A DNA stretch of 39,294 nucleotides from Methanobacteriota archaeon (GCA_002685895.1 NYYK01000002.1:1-39294), one strand, 5' to 3'; shown: positions 7,860-16,694, counted from the first letter of the stretch. Numbers and translations: made by a program. Notes: a model not told the origin generated them from the sequence alone.

Positions 7860-8658
7860 ACTAGAAAAATTTTTGGCCTCAGCAAAAGCAGTATCCCTAT
7901 CGGATACAGAGCGTTGTGCAATGCGTGATGAGATATTTGCGGGAACCGTTGCAAAGTCGGTCACTGGCATTGAGCTAAGTAAGTGCGAAAAAAGGAGTTT
8001 TAAAAAAGAATTGAAAAGATTTATTAAATTGAATCCAATTGTTTCTTTTGGTAATTCGTTTGGAGGTCTTATGCATCTTAAGTTTGCTGCAACTGCTGTA
8101 ATTGCCGCGATTATTATTACTTCGACCGGCGGAGGAGTTGCATATGCGGCGGAGGATACTCTGCCCGGCGATCTGCTTTATCCGGTCAAGGTAAATGTTA
8201 CAGAGCCCTTGCGCGAGCACATGCATTTTAATAAAGATACTCGTGCACGATGGGCGGAAAAAAGACTCAAGCGCAGACTCTCGGAAGCGGAAGCACTTCT
8301 AAACAGGGGAGAAGTTTCTGATGAAAGAATGGAATGGATACAAAAACGCATTGCCATGCATCAAGTTCACTTAGAAAAAAGAATGCAGAGTTTGCCGGCA
8401 GGAATTCCCGGAGAGATCAGAAACCATTTGGAAGAACGTATGCAGGAGCATATTGATTTTCTAACTGCGATCGAAAAAGGTGAAATTCCAATGCCGAAAC
8501 TGGAAAGAGTACGCGGACATGCAAAAAAGCAAAGGATGCATATGCAGATGATCAGACAGAAGCCTCAAATGCAGCATCCAAAACTAAAGGAGAGGATGAG
8601 GGGAAAGGGGATGAAGCAGGGTGGGCTGTTTAAAGAAATGATTGAGGAGAGACATTAA
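7852..8658 (+). CDS. anti-sigma-like membrane protein with DUF5667-like extracytoplasmic domain
   Basis: Its ATG overlaps the sigma stop (ATGGATGA). It has a single TM (FAATAVIAAIIITSTGGGVAYA), then LPGDLLYPVKV and a helical, basic C-terminal part. Confidence 0.6.
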   Translation: MDELEKFLASAKAVSLSDTERCAMRDEIFAGTVAKSVTGIELSKCEKRSFKKELKRFIKLNPIVSFGNSFGGLMHLKFAATAVIAAIIITSTGGGVAYAAEDTLPGDLLYPVKVNVTEPLREHMHFNKDTRARWAEKRLKRRLSEAEALLNRGEVSDERMEWIQKRIAMHQVHLEKRMQSLPAGIPGEIRNHLEERMQEHIDFLTAIEKGEIPMPKLERVRGHAKKQRMHMQMIRQKPQMQHPKLKERMRGKGMKQGGLFKEMIEERH

Positions 8659-8665
8659 TAAATAA

Positions 8666-8693
8666 AACTTAGAACTTAGAACTTAGAGCTTAG
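8666..8693. repeat. AACTTAG heptamer x4
   Basis: AACTTAG AACTTAG AACTTAG AGCTTAG. The same word occurs at 19758-19799. Confidence 0.85.
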
Positions 8694-8720
8694 GGGCAGT
8701 TTTTGATATATCATTAGAGT

Positions 8721-8810
8721 GGAGGGATGGCTGAGTGGTCGAAAGCGCACGACTCGAAATCGTGTTAACCCTCACGGGTTACGAGGGTTCGAATCCCTCT
8801 CCCTCCGCCA
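8721..8810 (+). tRNA. tRNA-Ser (anticodon CGA), class II with long variable arm, CCA encoded
   Basis: Acceptor GGAGGGA / TCCCTCC. Anticodon stem CACGA / TCGTG with loop CU-CGA-AA (anticodon at 8755-8757). Variable arm AACCC-TCAC-GGGTT. T arm GAGGG-TTCGAAT-CCCTC. It ends in GCCA. Confidence 0.93.
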
Positions 8811-9121
8811 TGCATTACACTAATGGCACCCTAAGAATAGCTTCACTATAGGCAGCAAACTTCGTGCCTTTTACCCTTAAAATCCTATTTAGCTCTTGTT
8901 ATCCTTACAAGGGTACCAATCCTGCTTAGTTAGGTATATAGAACACTAAGGGCACTTTGAAAAGTTTTGTACCTGCTCTCATACGTGAAGATATTCTTAG
9001 GTTGCCAAACATTATCTGTCGAGTTTTCAGATATATATCTGGGGTAAACATTTGTATTTTTTTGCTTTAATTCTTCAAATCTGACTAGATAATGCTAGTT
9101 ATCTGATAAATTTACAAGATA

Positions 9122-12100
9122 TTATTCTTCAGTTTTCTCAATTTTGATTACCTCTTCTGGTGACAATTGAATCGGTAAGAATCCTTGCAAGGCAGATGAT
9201 AATTCTCCAGTTTCTAATGCTTTATGAACAGCAGGCTTTACAGATGTTTCAAAGGCTGCACGAAAGGCTTCGGGCACCTTTGCACTAACCTCATTCATTA
9301 TTGCAGCTTGCATCTTTGGATTCATACCACCAAGCAATGCTGAAACTATAACACGCATTAAATCATCTCGGCCTATAAACTGTGTGTACTCACCATCTGT
9401 TAATAATCCTTTTTGCACTTCTGTTACAAATGGGTCTAACTGTTTACCTTCTGCTTGTAATCTATCTCTCATTAGCCGCTCTTGTTCTACAAGGTCATTG
9501 AAGAATTGCTTTACTGTTTTTTCACCATTTAATGTACTTAGGAGTAATGATGCAAATTGCTGATAACCTTCTTCAGACCACTCATCCATTGCCATAGACT
9601 TAAAATCGAAGTGTCCGCTACATAATGAATCCCTTTTTACCTTAAGATTTCCACCATGACGATCAGAGTCAAATTTTCCTCGTAATTTGTTATTAATTTC
9701 TAAAGTTAGATTGATCATTGCATATTCCCTTTTTTCATCGCTTTCATCCTCTAGCTCAATGAAGTGATCACCTTCCATTTCGGTCATTAAGAAGAAGTTA
9801 TCACCTGCTGCAATTACATCAGGAGCATCAAATGTATACTGCCTTTCATCCATTGTAACAGTAGACTTTCGATAAATATCTGCAGCTGTACCGTATTGTA
9901 ATTTTGCAATACTACAGTCAGTCTCTATATCAAGACGACTACTTGCGTGTTGTACTAGTTCACGAGTGGTTTGCAGGGTAGTTTCACCCATTGCTGTTCC
10001 CAAATTATCAGCCATTCTACTCATAGTATCAAAACCAGCTCTTCCTCTTTCAAGAGAGTTTGGTCTAACAATTGATAGCATGTAGCTACCTCCATTACTA
10101 AGCTGAACTCTCGTAACTACATTAATTGAACCAGACCCAACCACATCGCCAATATGAGTTATAGTAGTTGGTTTACCAAAGTGCTGACTACACTGTCTTT
10201 CTAAATCCTCTTTTATTTCCTCTATCCACTCGGTTACTTCCCATCGTTCTGGTTCATCAGCATTATACTTTAAACGCTTTAGGTCTGTTCTTATGTCTTC
10301 AGGGACAAGTGGGTGACTTTGAGCTGCTTGACCAAATTTAGTTTCGGCAGGACCCATATTTTCAAGGAATAGTGCCAATGATTCGCCAAGTCTCATGGTG
10401 GTAACATCTTTCTTCTCAGAAGCAGACATCATAGCCGCTAAGCATAGATGCTTCTGATAATGAGGCAATGCGTCTACGTATGCTCTTATAAAATATCGTG
10501 ACTCTTGTTCATATAATCCACCGCCTGGGAATAACTTAGATATTGCATAGTCAAAAGTTTCTGCATCTACTGCACCCAATGAATCCTCTGGCGATATGAG
10601 CAATTCTCTTGAAAGAATAGCCCTAATCTCAATAGGTGCTGACCAGAAGTTTTCGTAAAAGTAACGAGTAGATTGCATGGCAAGCTGATACCTAAATGCA
10701 GAAAGTGCAGTATCAACTTGCTGTTCATCGCTTTCCGACTTTAGCGCGAAAGCACCTCTAATAGGATCATTTGGGTCTACAAACTCTAAGGCATCTATAG
10801 TCGAATCAATAAAATGTTTAGCTGAATTTAAAGAATAAGGAGTAGTCAAAAAATCTAAAGTAGATTGTCTATGCTCTGGCGATTTTCTAATGGCATCAAT
10901 ACATCCATCAGTTAAAATTCCATAGTATGCTGGCTTATCTATCATTTCTTTTGTTACTTCATAAACTTTATCCCTCATCACGCTACTCACTCTGTGCTGT
11001 GCTTCTACATCTTTTGCTAATTGACCAAGGATATGTTTCTGATCAACACGGTTAACATTGGCCTGTATTCTTTCTGAGATTGCTACTGCTTCTTGCTCGT
11101 ATTTACTACTGCCATCATCTATGCCATTAGCAGCCAGTACATTAGTAGACCAAAGCTCAATTAGTTCTGTTCTTAGTCCAGGATTTTGCACTCTACGACC
11201 ACCTAAAATTGTCTCACATAAACGTATCTGCTCATCTTGTGGCATACCACCATTACCATTTTTATGCTTAATTCGAGCTAATATTTTAGTTAAGACTTTA
11301 TCAACCATTTCTGGGAATATTAAATCAGCTTCACTCAATAGTTTCCACTGACGAACAGTGCCAGTTAGATTATTGGTACGACTTATGCTTCCAAGAAATG
11401 CGGTAGCAGATTTTGTTAATGCCTCTCGAAGATTTTCTTGGAATACAGAACCAGAAATATAATTTGCACCCATTACTTCTACAAGCTGGGCTGCCTCTTT
11501 CAATGATGGAGTTCTTTCAATCATTAATACAACAGCTTCTGCCATTAATACAGAAGTTCTTAAGCCCACTTCCTCTTCGCTCTCTTTTGATTCTGCTAAA
11601 ATAGACAAATACTTCTTCCAGGTACGTGGCTGCAATTCATAACTTTTATTCACATCGGTGAGAACCGAGTCCAGTTTTTTTATGTAAAGAGCAGCCAGCT
11701 CAGAATCGAATATAGGAAAACGTCCATCAAAATGACTTCTTTCCTCTTGACCCTTTATATATGTAATACTATCACCAGTGAGCAATTCCTCAAACAGCTC
11801 ATATTTTTCTTCTGGGCTAAAAACGCCAGTGTCTTCTTGGAGGATGAAAGTTATATAAGGGTTTCTTGATACTGCGAATTGATCTGTATCCACTGCATCT
11901 TCGTGATAACTTTCTAGCCTTTCTTCTGTCATACTAACAAATGCCATTTCACCAGGCATAGAGTTGGCTATCAGCTTTTTACCCTCCTCAGAATCAAACA
12001 ATTGTCGAACAGTATTCTGATAACGCTCTAAATCTTCATCCTTTAATTTCCTTAACCAATCCATAAAAGTTCGTATCCTTCTTTCCTCTGTAGTTAAAGG

Positions 12101-14464
12101 ACCTGAATTCAATTCAGTAAAAAGAGCAATATTATGATCACAATGCTCCATGCATATTGGAGGCCTATGTTCAAATGGATGCCAGATTTCAGTTAACCCT
12201 TTTAATTTTTGCAATGAGTTTGGATTGTCCGAATCTAAGAAATATGCAACTGCTCTAGTTGTTAAATGTAACTCCATTGCTCTACTTTCTTCTGATAAAT
12301 CTAAGGCACCTCTACCTAAAGATGTGCCAATTACTTCTCCTTCTTCATTATATCGAAGTTGCTCAAGTGTATCACCTTCACCAGATGGACCATTCGAGAT
12401 AGAGGGAATAATATTTATCGCTGCCTCTGAATTAAATGCTTCTTCTGACATATCAAACAAGGCAGCCATAGATTCTTTTTGCGCTGTCATTTGTTGCCCA
12501 GCACGGTCAAGAATGTAGTCGTATACCACATCGCCATGGTTACATAGTGCCTCAAAAACAAATGGATCACGTTTTAACCCTGCAAAAACTGCAGCTTTAG
12601 CAACTTGTGGATGTTGAGCACTTAACCTCCGAAGAGCATGCCATGGAGGTAGCTCTGGTATGTATTCATTTTCTTCGTCATCTCCATCTGAATCATCAGT
12701 TGAACTTTCCCAACTAAAACGGTCTTCATCATCGTCGAAATCATCACTTTCATCACCATAAATACCTTGTCCATAATCTGTATCGTAAAAGCTTTTCACT
12801 TCTTCTTCTTCTTCTTCTTCTTGGTCTATCTCTTCTCTACGCAAATCCTTACTTTCAACAATTGCATCTACATTAGGGAAGGAAAACTGATTCCATTTTA
12901 TACCTCTTAAGAAGTTAACTCCTTTTAGAGTTCCATGCAGATTTTCACTTTCAACCACCTGAACCAGTTTGTCTGCTGCTTGTAAAACAGCTTCTTTGTC
13001 TATTTCCTCTTCATTAATTCCATCAACTGTTTCAACAAATTTAGCAATCGCGGTGCCAACTTTTCTTAGTCTCCCTAGTGGTTTTGAAGAACGTGTAAGC
13101 GATCTAAGTTCTCCATATAGATAGTCCAAGTGACTAAAGCGTCGCTTTGCATCTTCATGCTCATCATCATCGGAGATTGTAAGCAATGTATCCGCCAACC
13201 TATGAATTGCACCCATGTCTTTACTAGTTTCTACTGACTCTCTTAATGATTTTATTTCGTCTCCTATATCCGTAATGCGAGTGCTGTATCTACGATCTAA
13301 TGCGGATAATATTCTACCTAATGTATCCAATTTTTCTGATACTGTAGCAGCTTCATAATTTTCAACTTCAGAAAGACGATTTGCTAGATATGACTGGTGT
13401 TGTGCATTATTTACTACAGTCATTATTCTATCGCTGTTGTTGTAATCGGGTAACTCATTTTCTTCTGGTGCAAGCTCACCATTCTCTTTGCGAAGGTATG
13501 CAAGTGTATCACTGACAACAGAACGGATATTATCATGCGTAGGATGAACATCCATGTACTTAGACCAGCTGTCATATGCTTTCAGTTGAGAATTCATAAC
13601 ATTATATATGCCTGAAGTACCATCTTCATCCATCACGCGTTCGGGGTTTAATCCAAGCTCTCTACCATGTTCATACATGATGGCTAATGGCAATGCGTAT
13701 GCAAAACCTTCTTCAATTTTTGAATTAGGAATATTGCCATATACCTTACGCATTTTCATGTGAGTCATTTCGTGGCAAAGAATTGCTGCCAAATCATGTG
13801 GAGATGTTACAAATGGTCTAAAAACCTTACCTTCTTTTTCTTTGCTCTTGTATTCTCTGAATAATCCTTCTGTAAGCACAATGATAGGTGGCTTACTGTG
13901 TCTCATAAACCATGCATTTGGCTCTTTTTGTTTAGAGAGCATAAATCTAACAGGTTCTTTCTCAAAGTCATGGTGCTTAAATTCATAATGTGGCAAATGT
14001 GCCTTGCTAGGGTCTTCTTTGTACAAGGTAGCTACAAAAGTTTGTATCATATCTTGAAATTCCTTACCTTCGGCTGAGCTTGGCTCAACCAATCGCCAAG
14101 ATTCTGCAATTGGCAGTGGAATCTCTCCTTTTTCTAAAGCTTCAATGATGGCATCTTTTTCTTCAGCGTCATCATCAGGCTCGTCTCCGTTACCCTCTGT
14201 GTCATCAGCTATTTCATCTTCATCCAATTCATCTATTTCTACCATGCTAGTATCTGCTGTAGCTGCCATTCTTAACCGATAGCCACTAGCAAGCCTACCT
14301 GTGGAGATAGTTGGCTGTTCAGGAATGGTGTTTTTAGGGTCTAAGCGTTCATCTAGTAAATCTCTAATTCGTGTACGACCTTCATCAACATCTTTGAGGT
14401 TGTTTTTAGGGGGAATCTTGGAAGTTCCAGCCAAATCTTTGTTTTCATCTAATGGTTGCATCAT
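9122..14464 (-). CDS. giant multidomain protein (1780 aa): N-terminal HExxH gluzincin-like module, acidic linkers, C-terminal UbiB/ABC1-like kinase module
   Basis: The ORF is uninterrupted. The protease-like motif is AAILCHEMTHMKMRKVYGNIPNSKIEEGFAYALP, i.e. HExxH with a downstream EEGxA as in MA-clan gluzincins. The C-terminus has MGPAETKFGQAAQSHPLVPEDI (a KxGQ-type motif), VVGSGSINVV, SIVRPN, KFDSDRHGGNLKV and HFDFKSM, collinear with ABC1/UbiB kinase motifs. There are two Asp/Glu-rich tracts. Confidence 0.8.
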   Translation of the reverse strand: MMQPLDENKDLAGTSKIPPKNNLKDVDEGRTRIRDLLDERLDPKNTIPEQPTISTGRLASGYRLRMAATADTSMVEIDELDEDEIADDTEGNGDEPDDDAEEKDAIIEALEKGEIPLPIAESWRLVEPSSAEGKEFQDMIQTFVATLYKEDPSKAHLPHYEFKHHDFEKEPVRFMLSKQKEPNAWFMRHSKPPIIVLTEGLFREYKSKEKEGKVFRPFVTSPHDLAAILCHEMTHMKMRKVYGNIPNSKIEEGFAYALPLAIMYEHGRELGLNPERVMDEDGTSGIYNVMNSQLKAYDSWSKYMDVHPTHDNIRSVVSDTLAYLRKENGELAPEENELPDYNNSDRIMTVVNNAQHQSYLANRLSEVENYEAATVSEKLDTLGRILSALDRRYSTRITDIGDEIKSLRESVETSKDMGAIHRLADTLLTISDDDEHEDAKRRFSHLDYLYGELRSLTRSSKPLGRLRKVGTAIAKFVETVDGINEEEIDKEAVLQAADKLVQVVESENLHGTLKGVNFLRGIKWNQFSFPNVDAIVESKDLRREEIDQEEEEEEEVKSFYDTDYGQGIYGDESDDFDDDEDRFSWESSTDDSDGDDEENEYIPELPPWHALRRLSAQHPQVAKAAVFAGLKRDPFVFEALCNHGDVVYDYILDRAGQQMTAQKESMAALFDMSEEAFNSEAAINIIPSISNGPSGEGDTLEQLRYNEEGEVIGTSLGRGALDLSEESRAMELHLTTRAVAYFLDSDNPNSLQKLKGLTEIWHPFEHRPPICMEHCDHNIALFTELNSGPLTTEERRIRTFMDWLRKLKDEDLERYQNTVRQLFDSEEGKKLIANSMPGEMAFVSMTEERLESYHEDAVDTDQFAVSRNPYITFILQEDTGVFSPEEKYELFEELLTGDSITYIKGQEERSHFDGRFPIFDSELAALYIKKLDSVLTDVNKSYELQPRTWKKYLSILAESKESEEEVGLRTSVLMAEAVVLMIERTPSLKEAAQLVEVMGANYISGSVFQENLREALTKSATAFLGSISRTNNLTGTVRQWKLLSEADLIFPEMVDKVLTKILARIKHKNGNGGMPQDEQIRLCETILGGRRVQNPGLRTELIELWSTNVLAANGIDDGSSKYEQEAVAISERIQANVNRVDQKHILGQLAKDVEAQHRVSSVMRDKVYEVTKEMIDKPAYYGILTDGCIDAIRKSPEHRQSTLDFLTTPYSLNSAKHFIDSTIDALEFVDPNDPIRGAFALKSESDEQQVDTALSAFRYQLAMQSTRYFYENFWSAPIEIRAILSRELLISPEDSLGAVDAETFDYAISKLFPGGGLYEQESRYFIRAYVDALPHYQKHLCLAAMMSASEKKDVTTMRLGESLALFLENMGPAETKFGQAAQSHPLVPEDIRTDLKRLKYNADEPERWEVTEWIEEIKEDLERQCSQHFGKPTTITHIGDVVGSGSINVVTRVQLSNGGSYMLSIVRPNSLERGRAGFDTMSRMADNLGTAMGETTLQTTRELVQHASSRLDIETDCSIAKLQYGTAADIYRKSTVTMDERQYTFDAPDVIAAGDNFFLMTEMEGDHFIELEDESDEKREYAMINLTLEINNKLRGKFDSDRHGGNLKVKRDSLCSGHFDFKSMAMDEWSEEGYQQFASLLLSTLNGEKTVKQFFNDLVEQERLMRDRLQAEGKQLDPFVTEVQKGLLTDGEYTQFIGRDDLMRVIVSALLGGMNPKMQAAIMNEVSAKVPEAFRAAFETSVKPAVHKALETGELSSALQGFLPIQLSPEEVIKIEKTEE

Positions 14465-14679
14465 TGTATTTTATCGCATTTATTGGATGATATCTATCCT
14501 TTATATGCAATTCAAGCCACTAAGCAACATAACAAAGTTCCTTTTTCTCTTCCTCAAACTCCAACATCTCCAACCTTCTATTCAATTCCGTCAGCCCAGA
14601 AAGTAGAGTAAGGATGTCTCCGTAGGGTTCCTTTTTCAACTGATAAGCTCCACCTTAATCGAGTTAAAAAGTGCTATTC

Positions 14680-15903
14680 CTACAGCATTATCCGCCCCTC
14701 CTTCAGCAACAACCTCTCCTTAAAATTCCTCAGCACATTGCTTTTCTCTAAACTCGATCCCTCACGAAAAATCCCAATCAAGTATTCTTCAATGCTGATA
14801 GGATCGTTCTCTGGTCGGAAGCGATTAATCTTCGCAAGATCCTCTTTAATTCTGCGGTTTAACCGTAGGTGTTTCTCTTTAATCTTGCCAATAATGGCGG
14901 CTGCCTCTTCAAACAGTGCTTCCTCTCGTATGTACTTACATTTACACACTCTCGTACCACCATACTTATTGCACTTGTAATACACATAGGTTTTACCGTG
15001 CCGATTCGTATGTTCAGTGCCACTAACACCAGACCCACATTCCGCACACTTCAGTACTTGATTGAAGTAAAAATTCTTACGACCCCATTTACCCTTAGCC
15101 GTGCGTTTAAGGCTACCTTGTACCTTGGTGAATAATTCCTTGCTAATAATAGGCTTATGATTCCCTTGGTATCGAATACCTCCGTACACAAATTCTCCGT
15201 AATAAAAGGGCTCTTGAAGTATGTTAAAGATACGGCTAAACCCCACCGTACCACCACTAATATTTCTAAATCCTTCCTGTTGTAGTTTTTCTTTTGCCTC
15301 TCTGCCTGTCATACCTTTCTCGGCTATGTTGGTAAAAAGTTTCTTAATGTACGGTGCTCGTTCTTCATCTACCACTATAGAACTAGGATCACCAAAGCGG
15401 TCGGCTCGCACCAGCTTATAGCCAATAGGAGGTCGACCTGGTCGTACTCCCATCTCACACTTGGTACGCAGGCCACGTTTTACATTCTTACTTCGATTAT
15501 CGTTCTCTAGCTTCGCTTGACTACAAAGAATCATCAGTAAAAACTTTTCGTCTGGGGTGTTGGTAAAGGTTTGTCCGCTCGTTTGAATTTGCACCAGTAC
15601 CTGTTGATCCATTAAGTCGACTAGCTTTCCTAGGTCACCAGCATTTCTACTTAAGCGATCTGGTGCCCACGTTAAGATTGCGTTGAATCTTCGTTCTTGG
15701 AGTCCTATTAGTAGGCTTTGATATCCTTTTCTTCCGCCAGAATCTTTAGCAGATTTACTTTCTTGAATCGTTTCTACAACTTTAAGACCCTGTTTATCTG
15801 CAATCTTCTGCATGGCTGCAATCTGTGAATCAATGGAAAGAGCTTGTCGCTCATCTGATTCAGATGATTTACGAGCGTAGAGGCAGTGGGTAGTCTTTTC
15901 CAT
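14680..15903 (-). CDS. large serine recombinase (resolvase/invertase catalytic domain + recombinase domain + zinc ribbon)
   Basis: ORF 14680..15963. The likely start is Met21 at 15903 (or Met18 at 15912), so that the catalytic LYARKSSESDERQ lies near the N-terminus. Other motifs: DRLSRN, RPPIGYK, and a Cys-rich CAECGSGV...YYKCNKYGGTRVCKCKY. Confidence 0.88.
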   Translation of the reverse strand: MEKTTHCLYARKSSESDERQALSIDSQIAAMQKIADKQGLKVVETIQESKSAKDSGGRKGYQSLLIGLQERRFNAILTWAPDRLSRNAGDLGKLVDLMDQQVLVQIQTSGQTFTNTPDEKFLLMILCSQAKLENDNRSKNVKRGLRTKCEMGVRPGRPPIGYKLVRADRFGDPSSIVVDEERAPYIKKLFTNIAEKGMTGREAKEKLQQEGFRNISGGTVGFSRIFNILQEPFYYGEFVYGGIRYQGNHKPIISKELFTKVQGSLKRTAKGKWGRKNFYFNQVLKCAECGSGVSGTEHTNRHGKTYVYYKCNKYGGTRVCKCKYIREEALFEEAAAIIGKIKEKHLRLNRRIKEDLAKINRFRPENDPISIEEYLIGIFREGSSLEKSNVLRNFKERLLLKEGRIML

Positions 15904-16031
15904 GTACCTCATGGATGACGCAACCGCGTCCCAAAGGCTAGGCGATTTTACGCTTAAATACATCTTCTAAAGAACTAGAATTTGTTATTCTATAAATATG
16001 TCAAGCCCTTGCAAACGGAACAGAATTTCCC

Positions 16032-16097
16032 CCTTTTTATAGGTGTTCCATTTGTTCCATTTCTCCTTTTTTTATAGTGTCTCATTTGTCTCAATTT
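16032..16097. repeat. tandem ~33-bp direct repeat upstream of the recombinase gene
   Basis: Copy A: CCTTTTTATAGGTGTTCCATTTGTTCCATTT (16032-16062). Copy B: CCTTTTTTTATAGTGTCTCATTTGTCTCAATTT (16065-16097). Each copy contains an internal GTYYCATTT doublet. Confidence 0.7.
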
Positions 16098-16403
16098 AAA
16101 GACAAGAATACTATTCAAAGGGTAGGAGACCTGTATGCTCCGCCATGGCCACTCACTTCGTTCGGGTTCATAGCAAGCCACCAGAGCTGATATAGCCTTA
16201 TAAGAGCCCAATTTGCGACTTTCCGCTACCTTGAAAGGAAAGATTTATAGTTCTTGTTGGGCTAGATTGACTAATATAGTTCAACTGGAGATTTTGGCTT
16301 GTATTAGCCAATTCGCGATAGAATATGCAATTTTCCCACATAATGCGCTCGATCTGTCAATTGAAAATTCACTCTAAAACACCCAATTGAATCAAGAATT
16401 TGC

Positions 16404-16433
16404 TTGCAGAGCTCCTCGGGACATGCGTAAAAT
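16404..16433 (+). promoter_or_regulatory. candidate sigma-70 promoter of the histone-fold gene
   Basis: TTGCAG, 18 nt, TAAAAT, ending about 35 nt upstream of the ATG at 16468. This is a pattern match only. Confidence 0.3.
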
Positions 16434-16467
16434 CTCCATGTTCTTTAATTACTTACCCACTACTCCT

Positions 16468-16638
16468 ATGAGTTACGTAGTAGCTTCCAAGATCAAAGAT
16501 CTTGTAAAAGCAAAAGGTATGATGTCATCTGGTGACCTCTCAGACGCTGCAAGCGCACTTCTAGAGGACGCAGTTTCCAAAGCTGTCGCACGCGCAAAAG
16601 CAAACGGCAGAAAGACTGTTCGCCCAGAAGACCTTTAG
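16468..16638 (+). CDS. bacterial histone-fold protein (HBb/Bd0055-like, DUF1931-type singlet)
   Basis: ORF 16387..16638 begins at a TTG; the ATG at 16468 gives 56 aa: MSYVVASKIKDLVKAKGMMSSGDLSDAASALLEDAVSKAVARAKANGRKTVRPEDL. It aligns by eye with my recollection of the Bdellovibrio histone (VVTSKVKKLIKEKGQM...AKADGRKTV..RDI). The C-terminal GRKTVxxED motif is typical of histone folds. Confidence 0.75.
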   Translation: MSYVVASKIKDLVKAKGMMSSGDLSDAASALLEDAVSKAVARAKANGRKTVRPEDL

Positions 16639-16660
16639 TCTTAATTCGTTAAGTAATCAA

Positions 16661-16687
16661 AAAGGACACCGCGTGGTGTCTTTTTTG
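16661..16687 (+). terminator. Rho-independent terminator of the histone-fold gene
   Basis: AAAGGACACC-GCGT-GGTGTC followed by TTTTTT. Confidence 0.7.
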
Positions 16688-16694
16688 ATTGTAA

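Larger units (their letters stand above)
8803..16147. mobile_element. putative integrated element (about 7.3 kb): large serine recombinase plus one giant cargo gene, next to tRNA-Ser
   Basis: An exact 10-bp direct repeat, CTCCGCCATG, occurs at 8803-8812 (tRNA 3' end) and 16138-16147. The recombinase sits at the distal end. The block is AT-richer by spot counts and lacks the word repeats found in host spacers. Confidence 0.5.

Noticed and set aside
7412-7954. 180-aa minus-strand ORF
   Set aside because: It is antisense to the ECF sigma factor and to the start of the anti-sigma gene, both of which have clear family motifs. It is low-complexity and Ser/Leu-rich.
9087-9104. AGATAA...TTATCT inverted repeat after the giant gene, as an intrinsic terminator
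   Set aside because: The stem is short (6 bp) and AT-rich. No U-tract follows on the minus-strand transcript.
12800-12820. (TTC)7 / (GAA)7 microsatellite as a phase-variation switch in the giant gene
   Set aside because: A trinucleotide repeat keeps the frame at any copy number. It simply encodes the poly-Glu tract within an acidic linker.
16100-16200. Duplicated tRNA 3' half at the right end of the island
   Set aside because: Only 10 nt (CTCCGCCATG) match. The preceding sequence has no T-arm (no GGTTCGAATCC). So it is at most a short att core, not a tRNA fragment, and chance cannot be excluded.
15990-16211. 73-aa minus-strand ORF in the island's right-end region
   Set aside because: It spans the tandem repeat and the candidate att core. 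It has no motif, and its composition is odd. It is more likely non-coding regulatory or att DNA.
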